A stretch of 64,000 nucleotides of DNA from Felis catus (GCF_018350175.1 NC_058368.1:104224001-104288000), one strand, 5' to 3'. Positions 1 through 14,241 are shown, counted from the first letter of the stretch. Notes: generated by a model from the letters alone, not told the origin. Program-made: numbers and translations.

Positions 1-132
1 ATTGATATGACTATTACAAAATAGAAGTCAGTTCCTTTTTGAAACCTAAAGTCACATAATACCAAGGATAATGATGAAAAAAAGTTCAAAGTGTTTAAGA
101 GCAAAAAAAAAAAAAAACCCCAAAAACCTTTA

Positions 133-339
133 GGGGCACCTGGGTGGGTCAGTCGGTTAAGCGTCTCACTTCACCCAGGTCATGATTTCATAGCTAGTGA
201 GTTTGAGCCCTGCATTGGACTGTGTGCTGAGTCTGGAGCCTGCTTTGGATTCTGTCTCCTTGTCTCTCTGCCCCTCCTTGACTCATGTACTCTCTCTCTC
301 TCTCAAATATAAACATTTAAAAATTAAAAAAAAAAAAAA
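133..339 (+). mobile_element. Can-SINE (SINEC_Fc-type)
   Basis: ggggcacctgggtgg tRNA-derived head, (CT)n, A-tail. Confidence 0.92.
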
Positions 340-1349
340 GAATAGCACTTACCTTAACATTTTTTTAATAAATAAAACTATATAAAAAATATTTTTCAAA
401 ACCTGTTAGAAGTTGCTGACTCAGTCAGCTCTCCCGAATAACTGAATCAAATCTGGGGCGTGGGGGATTGTCAGAGCCCTCTGCCTCCCTCTGCTCAGCC
501 GTATTCTGTGTTTTGTGTCATTGACCCAAACCCTCTTTTAAACTTTCTTGTTCCTTCCATGTGTTCCATTCTGGAAAAATCCAAACCATCCAGTCTGACC
601 AAGCAACGCTCTATTAGTAGAATGTAAAGCTCCACCTTAGGCAGTAACTAAAGCCTCTGAAATTGCGATTCCTCTGACCTTTTGGACATTCCTTATTCTT
701 ACCTTCCCTGACCTGCCTCGGGCCACTGGCTCACTCCGGACAATTCATTTTAGACACGCCTCCCTGGCTGGTGCTCCCTAGGATGGGTTGGAGCTGTGCA
801 CAGTGTCTGAAGGTGAGAGATGTTCTGGTCCCCAACCTGACCCCGAGGACCAGCAGGACCAGAAGTTCAGCCACTAGTGGTCAGCAGCCCAGTCCTGCCT
901 GGCTCTTTTGGGCATTCCACCTCTGCTCTTAGTGGTTTCTGAATGAGCCCTTTCAGGCTCTCCGCGAGGGATAGATTCAGACCCTCCCTTCTGAATGGAA
1001 GGCCAAAGAAATCTCCGTATTTAACAACAACAAGAAACAAAATAAATAAAAATGTCTTTAAAATATTCTTAATGTGTCAGAAAGAGCTAAATACTATTCC
1101 AACTGGCATTTAGTATAGGTGGATGAAACTCACTTAAAAATTGTTTAATCACTGAATTTCTTTATAATTTTTTTATTCGCCACGCTCTTATAAAGCACCA
1201 AATGGCAAAAGGGACTTTGTCCTGTGCACGCACACCCTCATTATGCCTCTCCCCCAGTTTTTTAATATGATAAGGCCTTAGAAGTTATGTCATCCAAAGC
1301 AAACCTTCTTAGTAAGAGAAAATGCATTTTCTGCTCGTGGATGTGTCCG

Positions 1350-1500
1350 CAAGCCAAGGAGAGAGACCTGAGAAGACACCAAACTTGCCAATACCTTAAT
1401 TTCAGCTTCCTAGTCTCCAAACTATGAGAAAATAAGTGTCTGTTGTTGAAGCCACTCGATCTGTGGCGTTTTATTATGTCAGCTCTGGCAAGCTAATACA
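1350..1500 (+). mobile_element. MLT1 (ERVL-MaLR) LTR 3' fragment
   Basis: aagccaaggagagag...ctatgagaaaataag...tgtggcgttttattatgtcagctctggcaagctaataca terminus. Confidence 0.75.
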
Positions 1501-2010
1501 GTATGTATACCAATAATTGGACTCCTATGTATGTAAACACGAGAATTGAAAGTATATAACCGCACAAAAAATGTGTACATAAATGTTCACAGCAGCATTA
1601 TTCATAACAGACCAAATCCCAAATATCCATCACGTGATGAATCGATAAAATGTGCCATCTATATACAAGGAAATATTATTCAGTAATTAAAAAGAATGTA
1701 ATACCGGTAAGCGTTACAACATGGATGAATCTTAAAAACAGTATGCTAAATGAAAGAAACAAGATGCGAAAAGCTGCATATAACATGATTCCATGTAAAT
1801 TCAATGTCCAGAAAAGGCACAGCTATAGTAACAGAAGGCCATTGTCAGAGATTGGAAATAGGAAGAAAAGAAAAGTGATAGCTGATGAATTCTTTTAGGG
1901 GTGTTGAACACGGTTTGGAATTAGCCGTGATGGTTGCATCACTAAAACCCACTGAATTATACATTGAAAAAGATAATTTTATGGTATGTGAGTTGTATTG
2001 CAGTAAAAAA
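1500..2010 (+). mobile_element. Ancient L1M 3' end
   Basis: atgttcacagcagcattattcataacag, acaacatggatgaatcttaaaaacagtatgctaaatgaaagaa. Confidence 0.8.
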
Positions 2011-2179
2011 TCCAAAATGCCTCATCTTATTATAAATTTATTATAAATATTATTTATTATTCATCCAATATGTCACATAGAAAGGAGGTAAATAGGCAAA
2101 GTTCAAAAACATGGTCAGACAAATACAGGGTTTGTATTTTAGCAACAGGAAGCTCAACTTCTTTTTTTTTTTTTCCCTT

Positions 2180-3110
2180 TTTATTGTGGTGTAAAATCAG
2201 AATTACAAATAAGTTTCAGCAATAGCACACAGATTCCCCACAAACATCTTTCACCCAGATTTCACAAATGTTAACATTGTATCGTATTTGTTTTATTCTT
2301 TTTTCTTTGCATTTATATATATAGTAGTATAATATAATGATAGCTAACATAAACAAAAATATAACATATATAACATACTGTATAATAATATTACACACAC
2401 ACACACACACTTTTTCTAAATTGTTTGAGAATAAGTTGTAGATATGATGCCCCTTTATTCCTAACTACTTCAGTGTATATTTCCTAAAAATAAGAGCATC
2501 CTTTTTTTTTTTTTAATTTTTAATGTTTATTTATTTTCGAGAAAGAGACAGAGCATGAGCAGGGGAGGGGCAGAGAGAGAGGGAGACACAGAATCTGAAG
2601 CAGGCTCCAGGCTCTGAGCTGTCAGCACAGGGCCCGATGCGGGGCTTGAACATGAATTGTGAGATCATAACCTGAGTTGAAGTTGGACACTCAACCAACT
2701 GAGCCACCCAGGCACCCCACTTTTAGATGACTACAAAGTCAGGAAATTATCGTTGATACAATATTACTGTCTAATCAACAGATGTTATTCAGATCTTTCT
2801 GATTATCTGCATAATGTCCTTTACAGTGAGAGAAGATCCTAGAACATGTACTGCCTTTGGTTCCATCTTTTTAGTCTCCATCAGTGGGGACACAGTTCCT
2901 CTGTCTTTTTCGTGTTTCCTTCGCGATTAAATTGAGATTAGGCATTTGTGGCGCAGAAGTCTCAGCGTATTATATCAGGAAGCACTTTATATCAATTCGT
3001 TACCTATGTGGTGACTTTAGCATTGATCCCTGGCTAGAGAGGTCTGCCAGTTTCCTCCACGGTAGGGTAACTACTTTTCCCTTGGTAGTGAATAACATTG
3101 TGAGGAGCTA
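2180..3110 (-). mobile_element. Ancient L1M/L1ME 3' fragment interrupted by a SINE
   Basis: ttcacccagatttcacaaatgttaacatt, ctacttcagtgtatatttcctaaaaataag. Confidence 0.6.
2502..2718 (-). mobile_element. Can-SINE
   Basis: polyT, (AG)n, ctgagccacccaggcacccc. Confidence 0.92.
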
Positions 3111-3659
3111 CATATCACAAGCCACCTCATCTTCCAGGTGAGGGTGAGGGTGCTGAGGGGCTGTTTCTGCTCTCGCCAGCTTCCTTCTCCTCTGCACCGT
3201 CCCAGCCTTTGCCTGAGCTCTCTGCCCTGTGGGTGGGTCATCCTCAGGATCCAGCTGCTTCCCAGCCCTGATCACTAAGGACACTTCCTGGGCTGTGCTG
3301 TGATTGGTCCTTTTCTAAATGCTTACACGATGGTCAGCAGGCTGCATACTTCTTGGGGGCAGGATTGGGTCTTATACACATTTGTGTCTTGGAATGTGTT
3401 AAAGTGTGGGGTTTTTTTCAATGAAGGAGCTCCTAGGTGAGAAGAGATCCAGTCAAAATGATTTGCTTAGGTTTTAACGGTTTTGTCACTTCACTGGGCC
3501 TTTAGACTTAACTGGGTAAATGACATGTAAAAAGAAGCCCTTTTGAAAGATAAAAATAAAGATGTAAATCCGTCTTGCTTCAAAATCAAACAATTCACTT
3601 CTGGAAGAGACCTAGGTAACCAGATATTCCAATCCTGGTAATTTATAAGAGAAATTTGA

Positions 3660-3859
3660 GGGCTCCTGCACAGCTTAGTTAAGCATCTGACTCTTGACTT
3701 CAGCTCAGGTCCTGATCTCATGGTTTGTGAGCTCGAGCTCTGAGTCGGGTTCTGTGCTAGGGATGTGGAATCTGCTTGGGATTCTCTCTCTCTCTGTCCC
3801 TCTCTCTGTGCCCTTTCCCAGCTCTCTCTCTCTCTCTCAAAATAAATAAACTTAAAAAT
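3660..3859 (+). mobile_element. Can-SINE
   Basis: Degenerate head, (CT)n, caaaataaataaac. Confidence 0.85.
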
Positions 3860-4078
3860 ATTTTTTAAAGATTGCCCACGATGAAGGTGAGCTGGGACCA
3901 AAACTCAGATCCCTGCCCAGGACTCCTTCAGAGGGCTAAATTACTTTTAGTCTTGGTCTAGTGCTTACACACACAAAGTACAGTGAACAAATTTCCTGGC
4001 CTTGGCAAATTAAGTGTGCTCCATTCATTTCTTTTTATTGAGGTAAAATTCATATAACATAAAATTAACTATTAATCA

Positions 4079-4308
4079 TTTTATTTATTTATTTATTTAT
4101 TTATTTATTTTATTTTATTTTATTTTATTTTATTTTAGAGAGAGATAGAGAACGAGGGAGAGGGACAGAGGGAGAAAGAGAGAGAATCTCAAGCAGGCTC
4201 CACACTCAGTGCCGAGGCTGACACAGGGCTCCCTCCAAGTCCCTGAGGTCATGACCTGAGCTGAAATCAAGCCAGACGGTCAACCGACTTGAGCCACTTA
4301 GGTGCCCC
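4079..4308 (-). mobile_element. Can-SINE with (TTTA)n tail
   Basis: TSD actattaa(t/c)cattt. Confidence 0.9.
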
Positions 4309-5058
4309 ACTATTAACCATTTTAAAGTATACAATTCAACAGCTTTTGTCGCATTAGATTTTGTCGCATTTAAAAAGTTTTAATCTCACATGCGGTATTC
4401 TGTGAGATCCCTCCTCTTAAAATCCAGACAGAGTTATTTTCAGAGGCAGGGTGGGTGAAAGTTTGTGCAGAGAAGGATAAAATCAGTCCTTCCCGACTTC
4501 ACCTCCTGTCCACCCCCCCCCAACCCAAAAACTCCAGCGAGGGAGAGGCTTAGTGAACCTTTTAGTGGAAACCTGCCAAAGGCAACAAATAAATCACTCC
4601 TTCAAGCGTCCTATGTGACTGCCAAAGTTTTTGCTGTCTTTTTATTTTCCCTGTTATGCTTTGGGTACAAAACAAACAAACAAACAAACCAAAATCAAAA
4701 ATCAAAAAACGGGGCGAAAAAGTCCAGCAGCTTTGATGCCAATATTGGTTTGACTCATCATCCCACTGAAAAGAGCAAGGTCATGACTATTTAGGAACCC
4801 CTGCGGAGGTTGGGGTGGTGGGCTTGTCACGGGTCTGACACTCACCCAACCTTTGCAGCCTGAGTGGCTCCACCTCTCACATGGGTCTTTCCCCACATTT
4901 CCAGCCCACTGTGCGTCCTCTATTCTGGAGCTTGCTTTGGGGGGCAACTCATCTGGCTTCGAGGCAAAGCCCTGAGTTTCTTGAGTGGTCTTTTTAGAAA
5001 CCTTGTTCGATCTCTTCAATCTGACTGGAGACCCTTTATATCTAAAATCTCCATGTAT

Positions 5059-5250
5059 CGTGCCTGGGTGGCTCAGTCGGTCTGTGCGACTTTGCCTCAG
5101 GTCATGATCCCGCGGTTTTGAGCCCCGTATGGGGCTCCGTGCTGACAGCTCGGGAGCCTGGAGCCGGCTTCAGATTCGGTGTCTCCCTCTGGCTCTCTGC
5201 CCCTCCCCCACTCACCCTCTGTCTCTCTTTCAAAAATAAACGTTAAAAAA
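5059..5250 (+). mobile_element. Can-SINE
   Basis: gcctgggtggctcagtcgg...caaaaataaacgttaaaaaa. Confidence 0.9.
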
Positions 5251-6700
5251 TTTGACCTCTCTTTGTATTAACTGCTTTTCTTTAATTTGAGAAATACGTG
5301 TTAAGATACATCTGAAGTTCTTTCCCCATGCATGCCATTTGTCAGTCCCGTGTGGCACCTGAAGTTTAAATGCACGTGGCTCTTCCTCCCTCTGAGGAGT
5401 AAATCTGAATAGGAAAGATAAATAAGATAACGTTTATTTGACAAATGTTTTTTTTTTGAGCTTGCCTGAGGGTGCGTGCAGGGATCCAAAGGCGAATTAG
5501 ACAAGCTTTTGGCACTCAGGGACTTACAGTGTGGTGAGAATTGTTACTTTGGGCTCACAGTAGCGCTCATTCACTGAACTTAACTGAGCGATCCCTAGGA
5601 GATGTTTGAAATTCTCATTTAGATCAGGGGAAGTGTGGTCTTATAGGACATCCTCAGGAAAAGGTAAACCTAAGAATTATTTTAATGTCTTCTCTTATGA
5701 ACAATTCCTCGAAGGATAAAAAAAAAAACAACACTAATTAATTGGTGGAAGGGGGTAGGAGTCAATAAAAGGATGTTTTAGTTACATACAGATTGGAACT
5801 CTAATCCAAATGAACACATCTAGGGGCACCTGGGTGGCTCAGTTACTTAAGTGTCTTGATTTTAGCTCAGGTCATGATCTTAGGGTTGTGAGATCAAGAA
5901 GAAGTCATGAAAATAAAATATTAGGAAAGAACACATCATTTAATGTGTTCATCACTCTACTATGGAATATTAGCAAGGCTTGCCTTTAACTGTAATATGT
6001 GGTTATAGTATTAAAGTCAAAGTGTGGGTGGCACTGGGCTGCCCCCTTCTCTCCAAGAACTTCCCACCGAGCCCACAAAGGTGGATTCTTGATTCTTCTA
6101 AGTCTTGTTTGTTTTTTGGTGCTACCCTATCGTCAAGGCTGACTGGTCCAGAGCTGAATCCTGAGGGAAGAAGGGACAGTCAGTTTCTCTTTGATCGAGA
6201 ACCATTTGAGGCAGCAAGCACTTGATGCAGAAAATCTCTGCCTGTGTTTGTGCTCAGCGAGGTTCCCAGAGATGCTCTGTCTCTGCCCTCTCAAAGCCTG
6301 GTGTCCCTCTTTCCCTGCATTTAGCAGATGCTCCTGGGTTCTCCCACAAGTGCCTCCACCCTTTGGTTTTTTTGCTTAAACTCTCTCTGTCTTCTCCCCC
6401 CCCAACCCTCCCCCCCCGCCTTTTTTTTTTTGGTCACTTGCAACCAGAGGAAACTCAATTTAACATAAAACAACACACATGTCTAATGCGATGTTAGTTT
6501 AGTGCTAACATGGAATTTATGGTTTATGGTAAAATGAAGATCACAGAGTCATGTTCTGCCTAATTCTGTCCTTTCTGGAGTACAAAAACTCTAAATAGCC
6601 ACAACCAAAGTGTTTAGAATTACTTGAAGGTGAAGTTGAAGCAGTGTGATAGAAAATGATTTAAGGAATTTGTAAGAAAATGTGGGACCTGTTAAATACT

Positions 6701-6733
<33 letters not shown>

Positions 6734-7431
6734 GGTAAAGAATGTCTGTCTGTCTGTTAGACTTCCTTCCTTTTAGAAGCCCAGCATCACACGGGAGACT
6801 ATTTTGAACCGTCCCTGCGAGTTACCATTCAGTTTCTTCTAACCCAATAAGAACCTTCTTTTTGATTAAGCACCAGATATGAATGTTATGCTGACCCACT
6901 CAGGATGTAAAAGTCCTAAGTCATTAGATGGCAGTGAGGTTTTAAAAACATTTGAACAGCAGGAAATAGAGCAGAACTCTCACCAACACATGCAGACTAC
7001 AGTAGCAGCCACAAAGTATGTGGTATCCTGTTCTGCCACTTTCGTTGGGCTGGATGATGTTGTCTCACAGACCCGCTTGTCTTTGGAAGAACTTAATAGG
7101 TGCAAATTGTTTAGTATGGAGGAGGGCAGCAGAATTATCCCCAGGGACTCCACAACGTCTCAAGTACAGATGAAAGCGACAATCTCGGTTTGGTCTAACA
7201 CTCAGGGTGTTTCCCATCAAACTAAAATCTTGGTAAGCACCTCTGGTTTCTTCTTCATGGTTTCTCTCATGAAAACAAACTGAACGGTTCTGTCCTTCCC
7301 TTACTTTTGGAAACAGCAGTATCTCTCTGTCCCTGAAAATCTCCATTCAGATTTGTCTGATCTCTTTTGTGCCCCTAAAGCAATGGCCTAAAAGTGGGGG
7401 CAGTGTTGGTTAAGTTAGGTGTGAGTGTTTT

Positions 7432-7596
7432 CTTTCCTTTTTTTTTTTTTTTTTGAGAATGAGAGAGAGAAAGAGGAGAGGGGAGGGGCAGAAAGAGAGG
7501 GGGATCTACACAGGGTTCAATCCCACGACCCTGGGATCATGACCAGAGCTGAAATCAAGAGGCGGACACTTAACTGACTGAGCCACCCTGGCGCCC
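7432..7596 (-). mobile_element. Can-SINE, short form
   Basis: polyT...gactgagccaccctggcgccc. Confidence 0.85.
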
Positions 7597-9625
7597 TGGC
7601 TTCTGGTCTTGCATGTGTGTATCTGTGTAGACACGTGCATGTGTATTTTGATATCATCGTACCTTATCACATCCAAAAATTATGCTATCTACAGTGTTTC
7701 TAAATATGTAAATGGGAAACCATAATTAACCGTGTCTAAATTATGTACATGTAATTATAACTGTTGGAGTCACTGTTTTGGTATTCTTTCTTTGAAGTCC
7801 CATTTCTTTTTCTCACACTAATGTCCTAAGTCCCCATGACATATTTTGGACATCCTACATCTAATGAAAGAACCAAGGTGGAAAGATGGTGGAAATGCTG
7901 TTCTGGAAATCCAGAGAACCACTCAGTATGCCCGCGATGACCCCTGAATAGACAAACACTTCATTACTAGGAAGGGGATTATGTCCGTCCCTCCTTATCC
8001 TCAGCCTGTGGTTCTGTCAGAAACTACGAAATGTAAGCCAAGCATACTAGATTAGCTTTCTGCCTGGTTAATATATTATCTTCATTTCTAGAGAAGCATG
8101 TAAGCAAATGTGTCTCCCTCTTCCGGAACTTAATGTATATGGATATCCTGAAAATTCTCATTCCGGACTGCAGCAAACATTTACATTTCATATGAATAAA
8201 TGAAGATGTCATCTCTTGAGCTATTTATCTCCTTATCATCCCCATAAACCAGGATTTCTCCAAAGGGTTTTGTAAAAAATAAACTCTTGGGATCTTTTCC
8301 TTCTTTCCATTATTTAGGAATGGAAAAGGTACCTACCTTACTCTTTCTGTCAGCCTCAACCCACAGACTGTGAAAACACATCAGTCACTTAATTTACACT
8401 TCTAAAGGAAAACAACACACACACACACACAACCTAACAAAGCAAACTCTATGGTTCTCAGATCATCGTACGTTTCTAAATAAAGTTTACGGGTTTGTAT
8501 CTCAACTGCTATACTGAAATCCCTAAAACCCCAAGGTGACAAAGCAAAAGAAAGGGACCTGTGCTCTTGGAATCTGCAGCGTTCATGGGGGAGCCCGGTC
8601 GTGACTCTGCAGGGAACACTTCCACGTTCCCCAAGGAGCAAAGTCAACTTCTTGAGCAGCCCTTATTTCTGCCCCTTCTTCTTGACATATGTCCCACAAA
8701 GGCATAGGAAGAGATTGTGGTTTGCAGTCAAGCAGGCCTGGATTCCGCTTGTTCCTCAGAACCTTGCCCGTGAGGCCTTGACCAGTTCTGTCCGCATATG
8801 CTTCTTCCTTAGATGGATATAGCTCCCAGGATGGTGGCAGAATGGTCAGCAATCGTGACTGTTCCTGGTGGAACAGAGGTTGCCAAAGTGACATCCTGAG
8901 AAATGTAACAGTGACTCTCCCTCATTCCACACAATCCTGAGGCTTGAGTCATTTTTTCAGAAGATAGTAGCAGTGGGGAGGGCATCCTACCCCAGCATTC
9001 CTCGTCTGTGTTGTGACACAGAGAAATGCCTTGTGATGTGAATGGGTGTTCTGTCTCCGGGAGGCTGGAGGGCCTCAGGCTGCCCAAGGGCAGGGCCTAT
9101 TTTTCTTATCTTTTCACTCTGGTGTCCGTATCAATATTCTCATTTCCATGCCAGGTGTGGCTGTGGTTGTGGGCCTGTAGGAAATGCTACACACAGCTCT
9201 TAGACTAGGGTAGACAGCAGTCTGGAGAGCAGTAGACGGTACTTATTCACGACGAATATCTGTAACCCCTGTGATTCAACAAATCCTTCTCAGGTCCATA
9301 AGGGGGTACGTATGAGGGCAATCGCCATGGCAGGTGCGATACAGGTGCCCACCCTGGGGGTGGGTGCTAGGCGTGGGAGGTGTCCACCGTGAAATCCAAC
9401 GTAACAGCTTAGATGTAGACACAGCAAGACCGTGCTCAGGGAATAAAGGAAGAAAGCAAATGAGATCTACAACATGATGTCACTTACACAAACTGAACAT
9501 TCGGGAGTACGAAATAACTATACATTTTATAATAACACAGGAGACAAAATAATACACATTAAACACTCAGAACTGTTGTCTGTGGGAAGTGGGAATAGGA
9601 GGGGAGAATGAAGGAAAGAGGAAGG

Positions 9626-9722
9626 GATGGATGAATGGATGGATGGATAGGGAGATAGATTGGTAGATGGATGAATGAATGAAGGAGATAGATGGATGAA
9701 TGAATGAATGAATGAATGAATG
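9626..9722. repeat. (GGAT/GAAT)n imperfect tetranucleotide repeat
   Basis: ggatggatgaatggat...gaatgaatgaat. Confidence 0.85.
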
Positions 9723-9826
9723 AGTTGGGGCCCTGCGCAGAGGAATTGGGGATATGATTGCCTTAGCCCTTTGCTTTTGTATTCCTAAATAAAAAATAAT
9801 TATCATTTTCTAGGTGTGTGACTTTT

Positions 9827-10040
9827 TTCTTTTTTTTAATGTTTATTTTTTTTGAGAGAGAGACAGAGACAGAACATGAGTGGGGAAGGAGCAGAGAAAG
9901 AGGCAGGCACAGAATCCGAGGCAGGCTCCAAGTCTGAGCTGTCAGCACAGACCCCTACACGGGGCTCAAACTCATGAATGGCCAGATCATGACCTCAGCC
10001 GAAGTCAGATGCTTAACTGACTAAGCCACCCAAGCACCCC
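9827..10040 (-). mobile_element. Can-SINE with long flanking duplication
   Basis: 26-bp flanking repeat at 9801-9826 and 10041-10066. Confidence 0.92.
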
Positions 10041-11039
10041 TATCATTTTCTACGTGTGTAACTTTTGAAAACTTGGGAAGCAACTGTTCTGGGCAGTGCA
10101 AACATTTCCTTAGAAGCCCCCAAAAGTAGCAATTAATAGGAATTTAACAAAAGCTAGATGTCAAACTTGGAGAGGAAAAATGTGCACATAACCTGTTTTT
10201 CCCATTATAATTACAGAAGGATGATTTGTAAAGACAGGCCATTACACTGAATTAACATGTAAAGTCACTAAATATATTATATGAATTGTTTTAAAGAAAT
10301 GCAAATGGTGTTGAAAGAAGATCATTAGGTAACCTAGGGGGTGTAAACTTGGAGGATTCACACCACTTCCTGAGAATTGTAGGGAATAGTAGGGGCACTA
10401 TTTTCCCTTAGCCCTGTTCTGCTTGCCTTACCCCTGCCAAAAATGAGAGCCTGTTAGACCCTTCTGATTTCCACTCCCCCCCCCCCCCCGCCCCACCCCA
10501 CCCCGTTCCCTGCCTGGTCAAAAGTATCTGGGAACTGTGTCTACAATGATTTTGAAACCAGTTTGGTTTGTCTTGAAGGTGGCTCTCCACCTGGGCGCTA
10601 GGGAAGGAGGGGGTTGGGGAGGATTCAGAGAAACGCTGATGAGTGGGAAGGACTTTGCAGGTGTAGGGAGCAGCGTGATTGAGGGCATGGAGGTAAGAAT
10701 GGGGAGGACCAACACAGGAGCCTGTCTAGACATGGAGAAACTGTGCCCTGATCCCTGCACAGCTGCGAGGTTCCCCAGGCCCAGGCCTCCCATTGCAGCT
10801 CAGACCCAACAGCTACAGGTGATCACATGAGGGGAGCTGTCTCCTGCTGGGTGGGCCTGGAGCCAGTAGCTGCTCAATGAAATCTCATAGATTAAAATAA
10901 AAAGCCCATCACTACCAAGCGTGGTTTTCATTTCCCCTGGATACTTCTTAACTTCCCTCTGGCTGTGCTGCCCATCTCTAGGTGAGAGCCTGTCTCTGCC
11001 AGGTTCTACTTATTTGTTCCCTTCTGGTTCTTTCTTTCT

Positions 11040-11455
11040 TTCTAAGATTTTATTTTTAAGTAATCTCCACACCCAGTGTGGGGTTTGAGCTCACAACCCT
11101 GAGATCAAAAGTTGCACATTCTACCGACTGAGACAGCCAGCAAGGCGCCCCTGTTCCCTTCCATTTCTTTTCAAAAATGAACGTCTGATGTGTTTCAAAT
11201 TTTTTTTTAACTTTATCTATTTTTGATAGAGAGAGTCACAGAGCATGAGCAGGGGAGGGGCAGAGAGAGAGAGAGAGAGACACAGTACAAGTGGGAGAGG
11301 GGCAGAGAGAGAGACACACACAGATTCCGAAGCAGGCTCCAGGCTCTGAGCTGTCAGCACAGAGCCTGACATGGGGCTCAAACTCATAAAGTGCCAAGAT
11401 CCGTGACCTGAGCCCAAGTCAGCCGCTAACCGACTGAGCCACCCAGGTGTGCCCC
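11040..11455 (-). mobile_element. Two Can-SINEs (11040-11151 short; 11200-11455)
   Basis: TSDs tgttcccttc and tctg(a/g)tgtgtttcaaa. Confidence 0.88.
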
Positions 11456-11772
11456 TCTGGTGTGTTTCAAACCTGGGTGTTTCTGTGGTTTCTAATATAC
11501 CCGTCTAATGTGCTGCGAAAGGAAGTGACTAGTTGTCAGACAGGAGGAGCAATTTCTCAGTTCCCAAAAGATTGCGATGGATAGCACCAAATGCCAATGG
11601 TTTAAATAAAAATCCTAAATACTTTGAATAATTTTCATCAGTTTTGTTGAGATATAACTCACGTACCATACAATTCACCCATCTAAAGTGTGTAATTCCA
11701 GTGGTTTTTAGTGTATGTCATTTTTAATATTTTTAAATTGTGGTAAAAATATATATGACAAACCTTGGCATT

Positions 11773-12393
11773 CTTTTCTATTTTTTATTAAAATCCCAGT
11801 TAAAAACATACAGTGTACTGTCAGTTTCGGGTGTAGAATTTAGTGGTTCATCACTTAAATATAATACCCAGTGCTCATCACAAGTACCCTCCTTAATTCC
11901 CATCCTCTCTTTCATCTATCCCTCCACCCTCCTCTGGTAACCATCAGTTTGTTTAAAGTTAAGAGCGTGTTTCTTGGTTTGCCTCTCTGTCTTTCTTTTC
12001 CCTTTGCTCGTTTGTTTTGTTTTGATTTTTTTTTTAATTTCACATCTGAGCGAGATCAGTGATGTTTGTCTCTCTCTGACCGACTTACTTTTCTTAGCGT
12101 AATATTCTCTAGCTCCATCCGTGTCATTGCAAATGGCAAGAGTTCATACGTTTTGATGGCTGAGTCGTATTCTATTGTATATGTATACCACAACTTCTTT
12201 ACCCATTCGTCAGTCGATGGACATTTGGGCTCTTTCCAGTGTTTGGCTATGGTTAATAATGCTGCTGTAAACATCAAGGTGCATGTACCCCTTCGAATTA
12301 GTACTTTTGTATCCTTTGAGTAAATACTTACTAGTGCAGTTGCTGGATCGGAGAGTAGTTTTGTTTTTAACTTTTTAAGGAACTTCCATGCTT
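11773..12393 (-). mobile_element. LINE-1 3' end (L1_Carn-like) nested in an older L1M fragment
   Basis: Peptide [22 protein letters not shown] on the minus strand; 15-bp TSD acaaaccttggcatt at 11758-11772 and 12394-12408; host L1M-like sequence resumes at ~12410-12510. Confidence 0.9.
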
Positions 12394-14111
12394 ACAAACC
12401 TTGGCATTTTAAGGATACAATTCAGGGCCATTAGTTACATTCGTGATGTTATTGCAATCCTCACCTCAATCTATTTCCAAACTCTTTCATCGCCCCCAAA
12501 CATGACTCTATAGAATATCACTGTACTATAGTTAGGCATAGATGGAAAGAGTTTTGTTGGTAAAAGAGGGTGTTGGACATCATCATCCTCTGCTGGTCGA
12601 TCTCCGTGGCAGGTATCCTGACCACCCCCTGCTGTCTGTTTGCACCTGGGTGGGGAGCCTCAGCTTGGTGGTTCAGTCCCATTGTTACCTCAGGCTCCTC
12701 GCTGCTTTGCTCATCTCCAAGCCTGAAGGTTGGTCAGCTGGAGAGTTTTGTTTTCTCTTTCGGAGATTGCAGGGACTGAGGAAATGTCACCAGGCATGTA
12801 GGCCAGAGGACTTCAGACATAAGCCTTGCATTTTGCACATGTTTCTGCAACCATGTCCTTCAACTCCATTCCCCACTCCTATGTCCGCCTCCCCCAGGCG
12901 GACCATTTTCGCGTGTTTAGTATACTCTATTTTGTTTTACGTATTTTTGTTTTATGTAATTGTAGAATGCCTACAGTTATTTTGTACTCCTGCATTTTTA
13001 ACTGTGTAAGTTAGATATCTAAGTCTGGACCTAGATAAAGGGATAAGGTTTCCCTTCGTTGTTTCTAGATTATCACTGAAACTGGCCTTTTCCCCACATA
13101 TCCTCCCGGACACACCTCCTTGACTTACGTGAAGGAAAAATATACACGTGTCTCTTTACTAATAATACTCTGACCTTCAACTGGATGTCTTTTGTGGGCA
13201 GTATGTAGCTTCTAAGAGAAACTGTATTCCCTGGTTCCTGTCTTTTTAATTCTAAGTCACTATTCCAGAGGTTCTGTGTCCCTTTAGGGTTCCTAGTTGT
13301 AAGCACAGAGGCTGATTCTGACGGCAGAAAATGAAGGTACTGAAGACGTACCAATTGCTCACAGAATCGTGGGACGGCTAGGGGTCAAAAGAAGCTACAT
13401 GCCAAGGGCCCCGGAACATGTCTGGGAAGGTCATTATTGCTGCCAAGAAAGAGTTGATGTTGTAGCTGCCATCCCCCACCAACACTGTGTATAAGCTGAT
13501 GCTCTGTCCCAGCTGCCTTCCGAAATTGGCTAGAGCTACTAGAACAAATCTGCCACATTTCTATTGCTTTGGGTCAAATTCTGGGCCAGTGCATCTACTT
13601 GGCCAAACCTAGGCCTGCAAAAGAAATGGCTGGCTGGCTTTTTTAGCATCTATAGAGTGGGAGGCAGACCCTGTGTCTTGCTGAGACTCCAATGGTGAGG
13701 AGTTCTCCAAACATAAGAAGACAGTTCAGAGGGTGAGTGGGAAAAAAGTTACAGGTGTTCCCTACCGGCAGGAAACCTCTGGCGTTCTGTACGGGTCTGA
13801 GTCACAGCTTAATTTTACACAATTTCGAAGAATAATGTAGACTGGAGTTTGTCAGTCTCCCTTTCCTCCTGTTCTGAAAATGAAAAGATATCCTCGGGGA
13901 CTTTCTTCTAGAAAGTTTGTTTATTGAGGCAGAAATTCTCACTGCAAAACTTCACAGTATTTTTTTTTTTTCAAATTTACACTGTTGTGGTTGGAATATA
14001 TCTATGTATTTCATAGGTGCAAGTGTTTTTCATAGTAAGCTTAACTGAAGCTTCTCTCCAAGATTCTAATCATCTTTTTATTCTGAGCTAATATTTACAG
14101 CTTTGTAATTC

Positions 14112-14195
14112 TTTTTTTTTTTTTTTTTTTTTACTTATTTTGAGAGAGAGAGAGGGAATGCGTGTGCGTTGAGCAAGCGGGAGAGGGCAGAGAGA

Positions 14196-14241
<46 letters not shown>

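Noticed and set aside
6704..7346. T30 run next to 134-aa and 93-aa ORFs, as a possible retrocopy
   Set aside because: No poly(A) signal near the run on the minus strand, no TSD, no recognisable protein
12542..13009. 155-aa ATG-started ORF
   Set aside because: No domain or splice context; lies among repeat-derived sequence
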